A DNA stretch of 64,000 nt from Tubulanus polymorphus (lineage: Eukaryota; Animalia; Nemertea), in contig NC_134027.1 in assembly GCF_964204645.1 (NCBI RefSeq), positions 19,678,560 to 19,742,559 of the forward strand, written 5' to 3'. Positions 11,333-26,700 of this stretch are shown here, piece after piece. The notes under the pieces are model-generated. The model did not search any database and was not told the DNA's origin. It saw only the letters and a list, made by a program, of their open reading frames with translations. Positions within the stretch are counted from its first letter, which is position 1, and the number at the start of each line of letters is the position of its first letter. The position numbers and the translations under genes were made by a program.

Positions 11333-11552
11333 AGCATCATTCATCATAGAGGATAAAGATAGATACCGGCAACCAGTCTTGTTCTTCTGTAATAAAGTGC
11401 TTTTGAAATTCTTTGAATTTGAATTTGGCAAGGAGAATCTTCACCCAGCACTGGCAGTGGTTGTCTCCACCAGTGATCTCCGTCGCTCTACGATCCTAGT
11501 GTAACCAACTCAGTGGTACATCAGACACTAAGGTTCTTGGTGAAGGAGAATC

Positions 11553-11739
11553 ATGGCCGCCTCAAACGGCATTCCCGCTCAATTGATCGTTTTAGTTGTA
11601 TTTGTATCAACCTCACGAGCAATCGACGACGAATTTCACGAAGAATTACTCATCAAACATTTACCTAATGGCCAACTTTATCTGAACTTTCAATTTTCAA
11701 CAATCTGGAACTCTACATCAAGTGGCGAACTACATGAAA
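11553..11739 (+). CDS. PIGT: PIG-T exon 1
   Basis: Signal peptide, [23 protein letters not shown]; donor GTAAGT at 11740. Confidence 0.92.
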
Positions 11740-14700
11740 GTAAGTACTAAAGTAGTAAGACTCTTCACATTTGTATGGAAGCCCTGAGATAGGGATTTCA
11801 GGTCACGTGATCAAAATGTGTCATAATTAGCGTTTTCCACGCTTCAAATTTTCAATCGCTCATAAAAAACGTATTCTATATCCGATTGAAGCCAAACTTG
11901 CTCAGTATACTCAATTTACCGGTTATTTGATGTGGTGTAAATTTCATGAGTGTATCTTGCCTAGTTACGGAGCAATAAGTCGTAGTTCAGCGCGCGTCGG
12001 CTCATTTCTAGGAAACAAGATGGCGGCCATGTTTGTTCATGCATTTTTCAAACACGTGAAAAACGCATGCAATTTTTTGGGTCAAATCCGCGAGCCGGCT
12101 GCTGATTGGCTGGATATTTGACCTCAGAATATTTTAAGAACATGTTTCAAGTAGAGCATGTCGGTGCGTGCAAGTTTTGGTAGGCCTAGTTAGTCACCTA
12201 ATCGTTGGTGGTAAGCTTTTTATAATCGGATGGGCTTATACCAACGTTAGGGATGACAAGGACCAAAACACGGTTGAAAAAAGTAACACTTCTAAAATAT
12301 ACTTTCTATTCACTTCAGTCCACAATTAATGGCTTAATTCACAAACTAACACAGGTAGGCCCTACCTTTCGAAATAATCCAATTTTATGTATGTTTCGAG
12401 TGGTTAATCAACATTATTTTGAGAAATTAATTAATTTCTCCACCAATTTCGCCATTAGCCGCCATTTCTCTGTATTGCACATGTGGCATGATAAGACAAG
12501 GGGACCTACAAGGATTTATATAAAACTTCCAAGACGAAACGACAATTTTTATTTTTGATGGTTTTCCAACTTATATTTCAAATCTTCATGTTTTCAACAA
12601 TAAATAATGAAATAATAAATTCTGGTAAAAGAAAAATGTGAATAAGTGTTGATTTCTTAATTTTTTTTTCAATTTCGTCGTTTCGCTTCGTTAGTTTGTG
12701 CTGTTGTCCTGGCCTCACTCCACAGGTGCCAGCACCTCCAGTAATTTTCAAAATGGCAGCTGTTGAGGGTTTTTACTCTCACTTCACAGCCGATTTGCAC
12801 ATGGATTAAGATCGTCAGGTGAGGTGTTATAGGTATCAGACAAACTACGAATCTGTTGTGCGTCGATTACAACAAAAATTAGACGGATATCTTAAGAGAC
12901 AATGAAATGCCAGGCAAATTACTCGTCAGTCAAATTGGCTGACGAAGATTTCATACAAAAATGACCTTCCCATTCCTGACTGTGGTTTGTGAAAATATCC
13001 GATTGTGAAACTAAACCACAGACAGGTTACTGACTATGGGTAGGCCCTGTATCACTCGGAAAAAGTCGTAAACATAATTCAAAGTGCTCATACGCTAAAA
13101 TTAATAATTTTAACAACTTGCACTCTACTACATGATAAAATAAGATACTTTATATATTGTTTTCAATTATTACTTTTAAGATTGATTTAGTAGTCTTTCG
13201 CGGATTTTGACCTAAAGTCGGCAAGGCGCTTCAAATTGTTTACATCCGGGTCACTGCGGGCTCACACCGGCTGCCAGCTGATCAATCAAAACACTTCCTG
13301 GTTCATTTTTACCATTCTAAATGTCAATTTAGCAAGTAAAACGTCACTTTCACTCAATAAACTCATACTTTATTACGAAATCGGCAATATATAAGACGAA
13401 TAATGGTTAGTCCTACCCAATTTAAAAACTTTGAGTGTTTTGCACAAGAATCCAAGTTTTGTCTAAATTTTAGCTCATTTTTTGCTAAAAAGAAATTTTA
13501 TTTTTCCTATCTGCTTCACCTTTAGGTAATCATCTCATCTTGAATACTAGGATGTCCCTCTGAAAAGCAGTTGTTATTCATTTGTTCATGGTTTTTCAAT
13601 TCCAATTGTCGACCCTTTCGCTAAATAACTGCCGCTGCTAGGCCTAAAATACCCACCAACCAATGGTTAATCAAATAGATTCTAGAGGATTATATTATCA
13701 ATTTTCTTTTTCATTCGAATGACTTGCCTAGAAGGAGACCTTTAATTAGATAACAAACATGACATACTTTTGTAAAATTGACTTTCCGCAAAACAAGATG
13801 GCCGCCATTCCTCGAGCCTCAATTTGAGATATCATGATATAGATATTTCATGGGTAAATCTGTTAGGGCCTAGGGATCTCTAAAGAAGAGCAAAGGATTT
13901 TCCATTCATTTCAATTTGATTTAATTTCGGAAAACCATGTAGTACGTAGATCTCTTCAACGCTTTATCCTATTCTTCTGCGGCAAGTGAGTATCTGAAAT
14001 ATAATGATATTATTAGTATCTTTTATTTCAGAAGGCTTTAAAACATTTAACTTATCCACTAAGATTAGTTATTTCAAATAATAAAGGTCTATAAGGCCAT
14101 ATCGAATCAACTAAATACATTAAAGATGTAGTTAATAAGATTCAAGATGGCCGCCTTGATACTTACCTTATGGTTACCGTGGTAATCGGTATCACCCTGA
14201 TGCACGATATCTTCGGTATATTATCTCAAAATTGATATTCCATGTCTTAAGTATCATTTATCTTGAGAAATAAACTAGTATTGCGTTAATGGTTATAGAA
14301 GTGGGTATTAATTAGATAATTAGTATGCATATTAGCCTAATTTACATATTTGTGCAATTACTTACATGAATCTAAACAAACTTTGTATAGACAACATACT
14401 GACCAAGTTTGGTTTTAAACAGATAAATATTCTCGGAGTTATATTGGTTTTAATGTTGAATTTAATTCCTTTATCTGGCTAAAAAGCAGCAAAACCTAGA
14501 CACTTCCTGTCTGATACTTTCATTGGAAATGAACTAAAGTGTATTGCGCAATCGAATGACAAAATACCCCAAATTTCCACCCTTGGATTGCTCATAACTT
14601 TTGAACCGCTTGACCAATTTTGATTCTGTAAAGTGCTGTATGCTTATGCTATCCCCTTCTTCATTTTAAGCTATTAGAAAGACACATAGGACACAGAAAT

Positions 14701-17700
14701 TTTCAACCTGAAATCCCTACCTGAGACGACATCTTGGGTTTATGAGCTCCCCAGTTCATAACTTCCTGAGTTTATGAGATTTCGAGTTTATTTGGGCATG
14801 CACAACACTATGAAATTACGCGCCTTAAAAAAATCATATTTTAATGATGTCAAATCCTTTTTCGCCATGAATAAGCCTAACTACAAAAATGATGTCCCAC
14901 ATCGATCAACCTAGACTGGTTGACTGTGTCCAATTCTGCACTGGCAGTCAACTAATGGTAGACCGGTAACTAGTCTATCATCAGCCATCTGCTTTCTTGA
15001 TGGTTTATAGAAAACTAATAGATGTTAAAAATGTCTACTAATGAGCGTTTGTTATCTCTGTTATCTTTTAAACCTGAACAGACACATCGAGATTCGGCGG
15101 TGAATCGGAGTCACCCCCCTCACTACCGCGCACAGAAAATCGGAGCCACTCGAACTACCTGCCAGAGGCAGAACGGAGGCGCCATTGTCCCTTCAACATG
15201 CCATTAATTGCTGGTTATTCAGTGTCGTCTTAGTCCGAGACGCGGGCCTTTCATAGAACTTCGCGTTTACGTTCGATGTTTAAGTATCGGCGGCTTTTTG
15301 TCATTAAACAAACCCAGGAATTCATGAACTTGAGAACTCAGGAAGTTATGACGCAGAACTCATGAACTCAAGATGTCGTCTCAGAGCTTTCATACATTTG
15401 ACAGCACAGGCACTCGCCGATGGGGTAGTAGGTCTACTAAACACCGACCAAAACCTTCCAATACAGACCAAAAGCTGTCCAATACCGACCAAAAGCTGCC
15501 AAACACCGACCAAAATCCTCCCAACCAAAATTCCCGGAAGATTGGTCACATTTGACGGTTAGGATAAAATCAGTGGAAATCTTGCCCAAACACCATCCAT
15601 GACCATGAATTCGTTCCGTCTAGTGGCGCCACTTGAGAGCTTCGTCCTTGGCCAAATTTAGTTTTCCATTCCCAAAGCCGAATGAAAATCAAGAATTAAA
15701 ACTGTAATAAAACTTAGAAATTTTTACGACCGATCAAAGCTAATAGGCCTACAATAATCATAGAAAAATTTGTAGAGTTGCATTTGCTTTCACACCCCGA
15801 GACAGGTATTATTTTACTTTTGGTCCGTAATAAAGTTATTTTTGGTCGGTATCATAGTTTTCTTTTTGTGGTTGTTACAATTTGGGTCGGTACTAATTTC
15901 ACTTATGTTCGGTATTGGACGGCTTTTGGTCAGTATTGGACGGTTTTGGTCGGTATTTAGAACCACCGCGCCGATGGGCTTGGGATACAGTTTCTGGGGT
16001 TTTTGATAGTGTATTTGTGTTTTCACTCGTTATTCTGCAATAAATCTGAGAACAAACGTCTTGGTACTGATACGTTTAAAAAGATAAAGGCCGCTGGCTC
16101 CACACACGGCGACCTCACAAAATACTGAACAAACTGCATGGAGCAAGTTTAGAAATGGTTGGCAGCTGCTAATAACGTGATAGGAAAATTGAAAATCACT
16201 GGTAAAATACTTGAGAATATTGAATTCATGTAATGCAGTAAGAACTATTATACAGTAGTGTTCTCCATGGGTCAAATTTATAGCAGGGCACAGTAAGAAA
16301 TATTAAACTTATTCTGCAACGACGATGCAAGCGCCGAAGGTGCGAAGCCATTGCGGGTGGTTTTGGGGTCCTCTGCCAAGAAAATTTTTTAATTTTACGC
16401 TCCTCAGAGTGTCTGAGACAGAAAACCACACTGGAATTCGTGAAAAGTCACATATGGTTTTAATGCTGGATGCCAAATATCACAAACTTCCTTTGTACAT
16501 ACATTTATTGATGATCTACAGACGCTAAACAAACTTTATTGATCAGAGACACTGCTATATGCAGCGCGCTCTCGTAGATACTGATAGTAGGCTCCGAACA
16601 CTGAGCTGCCAATCATAGAAGTTGCCTACGTTCCAACTACTAGAACATTTCATGCATCCGATTTCACAACTTTGTAGGCACATCGTGATTTAGCTTCCCT
16701 TAAATTACGCATACGACAATGAAAACAATTTAAGCAGGGCCGTAAAAACATTAGGCAGGGTGCTGAGTTTTGAGCATGGCGGCATATAATTTTAGCAGGG
16801 CGGCCCGCCCTGCTAAAACAGCCCGTGGAGAACACTGTATGGGAAAAATAGTGATATGATAATAAGCCCCACTGCTATGAAAGTGGATGCAACTGACTGT
16901 CGAATGATACTTACGATAAAATCAAACCTGCAGCTCTGCTCAAACTTACTGTGTCAATTTAGCCCCACATATTAAAATAGGTGAAACTGGATATTTATAT
17001 ATTTTCTACTTTCAGATGACCATTACCATTTATTCCCGAAGTCGCTGGGTGAAATTTTAGCCAAGTACTCTGTGCAGGAATTACATTTAAGTCTTACTCA
17101 AGGAACTTGGCGGTATGGTAACTGGGGATATCCGATACAAAGTGCACCACCTGGTGCTGAATTGCTTGTTTGGTTTTTGCCATCGGCAACCAGGTAAATT
17201 ATATTCATAACGGTACCCACACATCCGGAAAAATGGGGGGTTAAGTTTTTATGGTAGGTGATATTCCCTGCTAATCGGGAAAAGTTTTAATTTTTAGCCC
17301 ACTTGGGACTTTAGTCCCAGCGGGCTATTGCGTTCACTTTTCGTCTGTCCGTCTGTAAACGGAATCCAGTTATTTTGGGAAGTTTTGAAGACGCTTCAAG
17401 GTAATGTCTTGATATTTAGTTTATACATGTGTCTACCCTAGACACATCTTCAGCCCAAAAACTGGCCCTCTCAGATTCAAGATGGCCGACTGGCAGCCAT
17501 TGTTCTTCGTCAAAATCAGCACTTTTTGAACTTTTTGAGGGAAATTTTGAAGACGCTTAAATCAATTACCTTGATCTTTCATATATATTTGAATCACCCA
17601 GGGCCCATCACCATTAGAAAAATTGGGTCGATCGGACTCAAGATGGCCGTCATATGACCTTTTTAGTGCCCAAAAATGTCAATTTTGGCCCAAATTCTGA

Positions 17701-20700
17701 GTCCTGTAGCTTCCTACTGGTTTGCCATTTCTCATTGCAATTTTTGATGGGTATTCCTTGGAAAGGGTTGTTTTATACCTGAGCCAGGTATTTTTGATCG
17801 GCCAATTGTGACGCAATTGGCGGCCATCTTGGTATCATCAGTTCTCATTGGTAGGTGGGAAAAATTATTCCACATTATATTGATACCTAAGCATATTTTG
17901 TTACCATAATTAATTGCAAAGTTGTTGCTCATGACATCATCTATGATTGTGGTGAGTTTCAAGGACATTAGTTATTCTAAATGGTCACCAGGGGGCGTTG
18001 AATAGTAGAATAACTTAGTATTTCCTTATTAGATTGGTACCTAGGCATATTTTGTTACCATGATCAATTGCAAAGTTGTAGTTTATGACATGTTCTATGA
18101 TTATGGTGAGTTTTAAGGTCATTGGGTTTTGAATATGGTCACCAGGGGGCGTTGAATAGTAGAATACTTAGTATTTCCATATTAAATTGGTAACGAGACA
18201 TATTTTGTTATCACAATCAATTACAAAATCATAGCTGCTGACATGTTCTATGATTGTGGTAAGGTTCAAGGTCATTGGTTTTTGTATATGGTCACCAAGT
18301 GGCGTTGAACATCGAAATTGTTAGATCGTTGAGCATTGGAAACCACTTCCCAAGTGGGCATGGTGTCCCTGGACCCCTAGTTGTGTATAACATTTCTTGT
18401 TCACGATGGATATTTTGTCATTATTTTCTATAGAATTGGGCATCTAACATAATTTCCATCATTTCCAATTAATGGAACATTGGGATATGCGATGTGGTAA
18501 TGTCAATTAAATTCAATTATATTCAACCACAATTATCAGCATGCTAGTACCACAACTTCAGCTGGTAGTGCCACCTACGGGAAATGTTGTAAGTTATGGA
18601 ATGCTGCCTGTCAAACTGGATTTCTCGACTCGTTTTTGAAAGGTTACTTGCCTGTAACAAATGATACAAACTCAGCCTCAGAGAATACCTGATGATCAAA
18701 CCAGTCTGTAGTGGCTGGTTAGTGATTATTACAACGAATATTAATCAGCGATATTTAGCCTGCAATTTTTGCTGAATATTTTTCTTATGACTCAACTAGA
18801 GACATTTTTCAGGTTGGACCGTGCGGGATATATTTGTGTGTTGTTAGCACATAGGCCTATGTATGTTTGTATGCTTTAATTTGGTCGCAGGAGGCGAGGG
18901 ATATTGTCGTCGCTGTATGTTGTTCCCGCTGTTTAGGGGCTTAAGTTTTTGGTTGATTTTCTTGTGACTTAGGTATGTTTGTTTTAGGTATGAGGAGGAT
19001 GAACCCTATTGTTTTTGACATATATAAGTCATCCAAGATGGTCGTCACAGTCATTTTGATGTGTAAAATAGCCATTTTGGAGCTTGTTTCCGCTCTACAG
19101 TCTACAGTATCTGAACAATTTTCCAATTACTTTATCTGTGGTTTTATGATAGAGGGAGGATGAGCCCTATTGTTTTTGACGTATAGGCCTATAAGTCATC
19201 CAAGATGGCCACCACAGTCATTTTGGTGTGTGAAATGGCAACTTTGGAGCTTGTTCCCATCCTACTATTTACAGTTTCAGACCAATTTTCTTATTACTTG
19301 ATCTACGGTTTCATGATAGAGGGAGGATGAGGGATCGTTTTTGACATATATAAGTCATCCAAGATGGCTGCCTGCCACTATCATTTGGTTGTGTAAAGCA
19401 ACTTAGGCGGTTGTTCGCAATCTACAGTCTACAGAACTTTCTTCTTACTTGGTCTGTGGTTTATGGTAAAAGGAGGATGACCTCTATTGTTTTTGACATG
19501 TCAACAATTTCGTATCACCTAGAAGGCATGACTTTACAATCATTCTAGGCAAACAAAAGTGCAACATAAATGGCAAGCTGATGTAATATGAGTTGTATAC
19601 TTCGCAACACGGAAATTTGATTTTACTGATTTGAATTGAACTTGAAAGATGTTTCCTTTTCCACAAATACCTTACAAATGGTGTTGAATGAATAAACTAC
19701 TGACTGAATAAAGTTACTTCTTACAAATTTTGTACCATACTACATGTCTTATGAACGAAATCATCATTGGTAAATGCTGGTAATACACAACGCTGCTCAT
19801 CATTGGACCCTTCCAATTAAGTTGTTATAAACCTGCAAATGAACCCCACTTTTCTTAAAGAGTAGGATCATGCTTACTTTACAGCGCCCGAGAATGACAA
19901 AGATTGTCAACGTTTTGTAGTCCATTTGTATACATCAAAGTAAAGACAAAAATTATCAAAATCATGAATATCGCGGAGACTAAATATTTTTGAACAGAAT
20001 AGTTTCTTATTCCTGTAGAGCTAGAAAAAGAATGTCAGTCACCCTTTGAGCTAATGGTTTCTGTGATCACTGGGAGTGTTGACTATTGAAATTGGTAAAT
20101 TGTCAAGCGTTTAATTCATACCATTTCCCAAGTGAGCATGGTGTCCCTGGACTTCTAGCTTTGTCTTGTGATGATCTAAGAGGCTTGATTTATCGCATCC
20201 TCATGATCCGGTATCACTAACGACATATCGCCCTTTTTTGGAATTTAATGAATGCTTAATTCATTGCACACATGCCATTTTTTTTATCTGACAATTTTTG
20301 AGACATATAATGGCACCCTTGAAAAGAGCACCCAGTTATGGGCAACCATCCCCGCCAAATAGACTTGTATGTTCTTGATACTCTTTGTTTTCATCTGCAC
20401 AGATAATCAGGAACGATCACGCAGGTCAAGTTACAGGGCAGCCCACAAAACCCACAAATTCATTGGACAACAATTTAATTTTCTTCCTCTTCTGTAAAAT
20501 TGGTAGCATGATCTGTTTGTCTTCGGTGTTGCTTCTTCAAACAGGATTTTAAAGATCGGGGAAATCAGAGAATCCTGGATTTTCAGCAAAAGTCACCCTC
20601 AGGGAATTTTAATTTTTGATGTCTTTGTTGTTGCTTGAATGGCACAAGGGACCACTCGTGAATAAACAGAGCAAGTGAGGATAATCTGGAAATTCAAGTG

Positions 20701-23700
20701 GAGGGTTCAGGGATTATTAATAATTTTTGACTCTGAGCTATACCTTCCTTTTCATACCTACAAAAATATTATATACGCTGCTTGCCTGCTGGAAAGTCAT
20801 GGATTTCCATTTAACAGAATCAACAGCTATCAGATGAAATATATCCGACCACCTTTTCATGAGGGGGGCATACTGTATTCACTTCGTTGTCTGTCCGCAA
20901 AGGTTTCTGTACCCTAGCACCTAAACCTTTTGACAGATTTTTCTGAAATTCAACAATTGACCTCAGGTAAATGATTGCGGGTCCTGTAAGTAAAAAAAGT
21001 CAAGTTTACCAGAAGCTGTTTTGTATTTTTCATGTCCGGGCTTTAACTCATAGGAATTTGGAGACATTTTTTGGATGGGTTATCCTAGAGACTAGCGTAA
21101 CTTATACCGGTATGATTCCAGGTCCTGTAGATCAAAGGTCAAGTTCACCGGAAGCTGTTTTGTATTTTCCATTTCCGGGCTCTAAATCACAAATAGTTGA
21201 GATAATGTGTTGAAATTTTATGGATGGTTTAGCGCAGAGACCATATGCTTGGGGTGTATTTACAATTTTACACTCACCTGATGTGGGAGTATTAGTCGTT
21301 GTCTGTGACATTCTAGCTATTTTGGTGTACCTTTGCCAAAACAACTGCAAAGTAGAAGCAGAGGCCCTTTAGGTGTTAACAGATTATGTGGACCAATGAA
21401 TCAGGTGTTCAAAATGTTCAAAGCAGCCTGCAAGGAAAGAATCATGTATTTATCTTAAATTTGACGTAGAACACAAAAATATGAATGAACAAAAACGAAC
21501 TTTATATGCCAGCCTGCCATTTATTATTTGGTGGAAAATCCTTCACTGTGCAAGAATATTCATCAAAATATGCCCACAAACGTTAAGAATATGCTCTATT
21601 TAAGAATCTCTGACTTCAGAAGTAGCCCCTTGTTGACATGTATTCTTTATTTCATCGCAGTCTCAGTAAGATATGGACTGAATTGAATAACGCATTGTCT
21701 GGACAGATTTGCGCATCTTTGAATTTCATGGACGCTAAATCAACAGTCATACCGAAGTGGTCATTTCGTCCCCGCGGAGCTACGCACAAGAATTACAAGC
21801 GCTTATTTCGTCATGTTCGTTACGCTGCTCTACCACGTGAAGTCGTCTGTACAGAGAATTTAACGCCATGGAAAAAACTGCTTCCATGTTCGTCAAAGGT
21901 GAAATAAATTTTCCAAACCTTACTGGGTCCCGATTTTACTTGATTGTTTGCTTTTTGAAGTTGCGATCACACAAAAGTCTTTTTGGGTCAAATAAAGGCC
22001 TGTTTCAGATGAGGACAGGGCCAATCGTTTACACTAGCGTCAACTCAGTCTGTGGCTAGTTATTTGATTGAATTGTTAAAAAGTTAGTTATTTAGTTTTC
22101 AAATTAGACACATGCTAAATATGACTAGGGCCTGGTCCAGGCCTGTTAGTCTCGGGCCAAATCATCTGCGGGTGATCGTGACTGATGCTTAACCTTATGC
22201 CCAGAGTTTCTAGAGAGAGCAGTGTTTTCCATTCCTTGCGTAGCACAATGATGGAAAAAATACATTATGGTTTGAATATCAATAGCGCTGCAGGGTAAAA
22301 AGTTTTTAATTTTTACAATTGGTGAGATACGTTCATAAAAATACTGATCAGGCTGGAAAAGTAATACAAACATATTTTCAGGCTTGCAATTATAGAGGAT
22401 GCTGGAAATTTAGGTAGTGAGATTTAGATTTATATAGGAAACAATCTGTCCCATAAAAAGTTTAATGGAGAACACTGGGATTAATACCTGCTTTAAACAA
22501 CTCATATTTAGGCAAATCCAGGAAGAAAGACACTAAATATTTGGATGAATATATGAAAGCTGTGGGTACTGGAGTGTGTAATGGGTAGTGTAGTGTGATC
22601 TGTGTGCATTTGTGGCTAGCACACAGATCACATTGTTCATTGGGGTTTGGTCCAGGACTCGCGAGATTTTCAACAACACGGAAGTAACGTGTAATAAATT
22701 ATGACTTGAATTGCATGACTACCTACCACCCCTCATTATTGTTGGAAAACTAAACGTTCCCCACTGACTAAAAATTAGTAATAACGTTTTAGAAATGGCC
22801 AGAATTTTAACTTGGGTTCTATCTCATTTTTATTTTACAATTGCTTTTGGTATAATTTTTTTTTAAACGGCCGTTAAGGCTTCATGTTTCGTCTGCAATT
22901 CACTGCAAATAGTTACGCAACTACGCACATTTCAGTGTTTTTGGCAGCTGTACACTCAATCGGCACCGTTCGTGACTAGCTTCACTGCGGAATTATCATT
23001 AATTAACATCGCCATATCACATCATCAACTTATATTGTGCCTTAAAACCCTAACAGCCGAAATAATTGAAATGCACACACGATTTCTATCATTGAAAATT
23101 GAGAGAGTGGCCATGTTTGTGTTCTGCTGCTTCTCGTAAATCCCGCGCGGTGGCGCAACCGCATGGAGTGGGGCCAATACGTCTAGAACACTGGTACAAA
23201 ATATGTGCCAAGATCAATGGAGACCGATCGCATGGTAAATATACAATCATCAGTTGTAAGGAGCTTGTGCAGGTTGCAACTGGTGATGATTGCTCTGCCT
23301 CATTAAAATCACAACATGTGAGGTAGATTTTCGTAATAGATTAAAGTAATATCGGCTCAGCGTTGCTCCAAAATATACTGGTCTGAGAAAGTATTTTTGG
23401 CCTGTATGAGGTGCGCAGCCTGTGTTGTATCATTGTGCTACATATCTGAATCCCTGATTCTGGAGCTGGTTAATCACAGCTCAGATTACAGCCTATAGGC
23501 TTGGATTGATTCAAGTTATGATAAATTGTTGAGAATTTGCTCTTTCCAGGTTGGTTTAGCAACTTTATTCAACGCTGTGAAGTTGTATGACAGTAAATAT
23601 CACTCATTAAGTATCAACGTAAGATCTGTTTGTCACAATACGAATTGTTCACAAACTTCATTGGAACTTGTCCAAAGTTTGGCTGTTGTTTTCGATCTTC

Positions 23701-26700
23701 CTGCTAAAAATTTTGGCCGAGCTGGTAAGGAAACTTTTCTTGTATTTTCAAGTCGAATTACCTAATAGACCTAATAAGTCTAATAATTCACCACTTTGAA
23801 TGCTATAGGCTAAGTGTAGTAAATATTGTCGAACTTTGACTGTGAATTTATAGCTATTTCATGTCTCATAAGGTTAGCGCTTATAAAGCTGAGCTAGCCT
23901 CATAGGGTTAGGGTTATGATGAAAGAATAGAATATTGGTAACTTGGGAATGTGAGATGAAAATTGAAATATACCTTATGATTAACAGTACATGATTCAAT
24001 CTTTAAGTTTAGATTTGTCAATTTCAGGTCCATAACTTTAATTGATGAAGATATTGTCCATGCATTTTTGTTTTGTTCTATCATCATTGCATTACCCTAA
24101 TGAGAATTTACCTAAAAAATTATTGTTAGGCTATTTAGTCTGGGTCGAGCTTTAAGCTTGACCTACTGTAATATTCTTTTCAGATTGGTCTTTCAAAAAG
24201 TTGTTTGGCCGAATGTTAGCATCAACCTGCCCTCTAGCAAAAACCAGTTACATTTATGTCGATGCAACAAATAATCAGGTAAAGTGAAATATGTGGAAAT
24301 GGAATTTTATCATATCGAACTCAGATATTGAGCATTATATACTGCATATTTCTGCAATTTACTACAAACTTGATGAATGATATGTTGAACAGCTTAGAAT
24401 TACTTAACGTAAATCGGGTATCATTTGCGTTTTGAAAGCATCCACAAATTCTGGAGAGAATGTAATACTGCACTTATGCCTTGCAACGATCTTTTTTATA
24501 TTCCTTTTTTGCAGAGTTCAGCGCCCTATCATTTGACAGTAGAGCCAACATTAAGAAGAACATTTACCAGGGGTGGATACACTAGACAAGTTGCTGTTTA
24601 TGACATACACGATGTTATTGGTCGAGAACGATTAGTGAATCTTGGGGCTAATTTTGACCATGCAGTAAAATTCGTTGATGTTAAACCACTTCCTTTATAC
24701 GCGCATCGTTTTACTACAGGTAAATTATGGGAAGCTATGACACCAGCTATTCCACCAGATGGCGTGAGCGCTTAGTCTTGTCAGAATCAGTTCATAAGCC
24801 CTCAACTCTGAACTGAATATTAAGGCTTCTGACTCCAAATACTGTCAGGACTGTCTAAAAATGTCGGATGAATTTCTACTCAGTGTATGGTACTCAATAT
24901 CGATTGATTTATAGAATTGAGAGATGTGCGCTCGATTTTAACTGAAATGTAGATCAGATTGGATTTGGAAGAAGGGGTAATACTAGCAATCCTGGTTTAT
25001 CCTTACAACGTATGAAATTTATCGTATTATTTTTTCTATTTGCTTTAGGATATGGACAGGAAACAGGAGGGATATCTACACAGATTTATAATAATAATGA
25101 TCAGGAGTTATCTATAATTTATATGGAATCAGCTCCATGGTATATACAAGTATTCTTACATACCATGAAAATTGAGAGCAATGGACAAATAATCAATGCA
25201 AGTAAGTTGGCTGGCAATACTGGCTGACTATATTCAGTCTTAACTGATGAGACCCTTCTAAGATTCATCTGACGCAGATCATCTTGTACAGAACTTATGT
25301 TTTAAGTTTTAAGCAAACAGTGAAACTCGCTTAATCCGGATCAGTTTAATCTGTATTTTAATCAAATCCGAATGTCATTTAGGTCGATCTCTACTTATAT
25401 GTTTCTTCTGGATGGATTTCATGAAGGTTGGACTGATCCAAATTATGCGATGTCCACTTTAGAATCTTTGTTTTGCTTTGTTTTCAAATGTTGTTTCCCT
25501 CAAACATTATATACACCTTTGACATTCCTCACAGACAAGTTCATTATACTCATTCGAATGTTTTTCAGTGATGGGCAATCTGCAGGGGCAGATCCAGAAC
25601 CCAAAAAAATGGGAAGAGCTAAGCAAAATGCACATGTATAATCAATGAGGCCGATGGCATTGTACATACTATGATCCACAAATATCAAGTGCCGTAGGTT
25701 CAAGCCCCTCCCCGAGAAAATTTGAAAAAGAATACATTATTTTCTAGAGCATATAGAGTGATTCTAGAACAAAAATATATGCAATATATAGCATATTTGT
25801 GATGTGAAGCAGTATCATTGATATAGCCTCTGGGGGAATAGAAATTTATGGTTTATTGTCGTGGATTCAAACCTTACGTACCGTATTTACCGGCCGATAA
25901 GCCGATTATCTAGCCTAAGCTGCAATCTGACCTAAAAATCACTTAAGATGGTTCCAATGATTGTCAAAATCAAAATCAAGAAAACAGTCTGTATTAATTT
26001 GAGGTCAATATTTACTACCATTTATCAGTTTGAACTGTTTTGTTCCTTTTATCATCACCTCACAGCAGCAATGTAATACATCTGTAGGCCTATATATGCG
26101 CGTGAGTCTATACGTATATTGTACCACCACTAAGCAATGAAAGTTTACAGCATTCTCGCACATCAGTGGCGTGTATTGTGCTATTGTTTGTAAGACCCTT
26201 AATTAAAGCAAACTTATAGACAAATCAGTGAATTAACTAATGGAAATTAATTGGTTTTCAATTGCTTAACTTAGGGAAATTAATTGGTTTTCCAATACAT
26301 GTTATATGAAACCTGAAATACGCTGAAGACATATACATGTCCAAGACCATACTATCTCTACTGCCATGGATATAGTCCCATAATGCTATATCATATATAA
26401 CTGATAATCTGATAAAAAATGGACTGTAACGCGTCATTTGCCTGTATCCATGATCCTAGCTATGACTATCATAGCCTGTTGTATTTAGGTTCCCAAAATC
26501 GTGATGAATTATGAAAAGTTTTGAAGGGCTTACCTTTCAGTGCGCTATTACTATAACATGTACACTAACTACATTGTCAGACACGCATTTTATTATTGAA
26601 ACAGTTCATTACATTGAAATAAACTAAAATAAGAACACTCATGCATCCACTCACTACTATGTAGTCAATTCTAAACAGTGTTTTCGACCATATGGACCTT

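Noticed and set aside
15430-15530. CRISPR-like short repeats (also 7610-7720)
   Set aside because: No unique spacers of constant length and no cas genes; they are TIR sub-repeats of DNA transposons in a eukaryotic locus.
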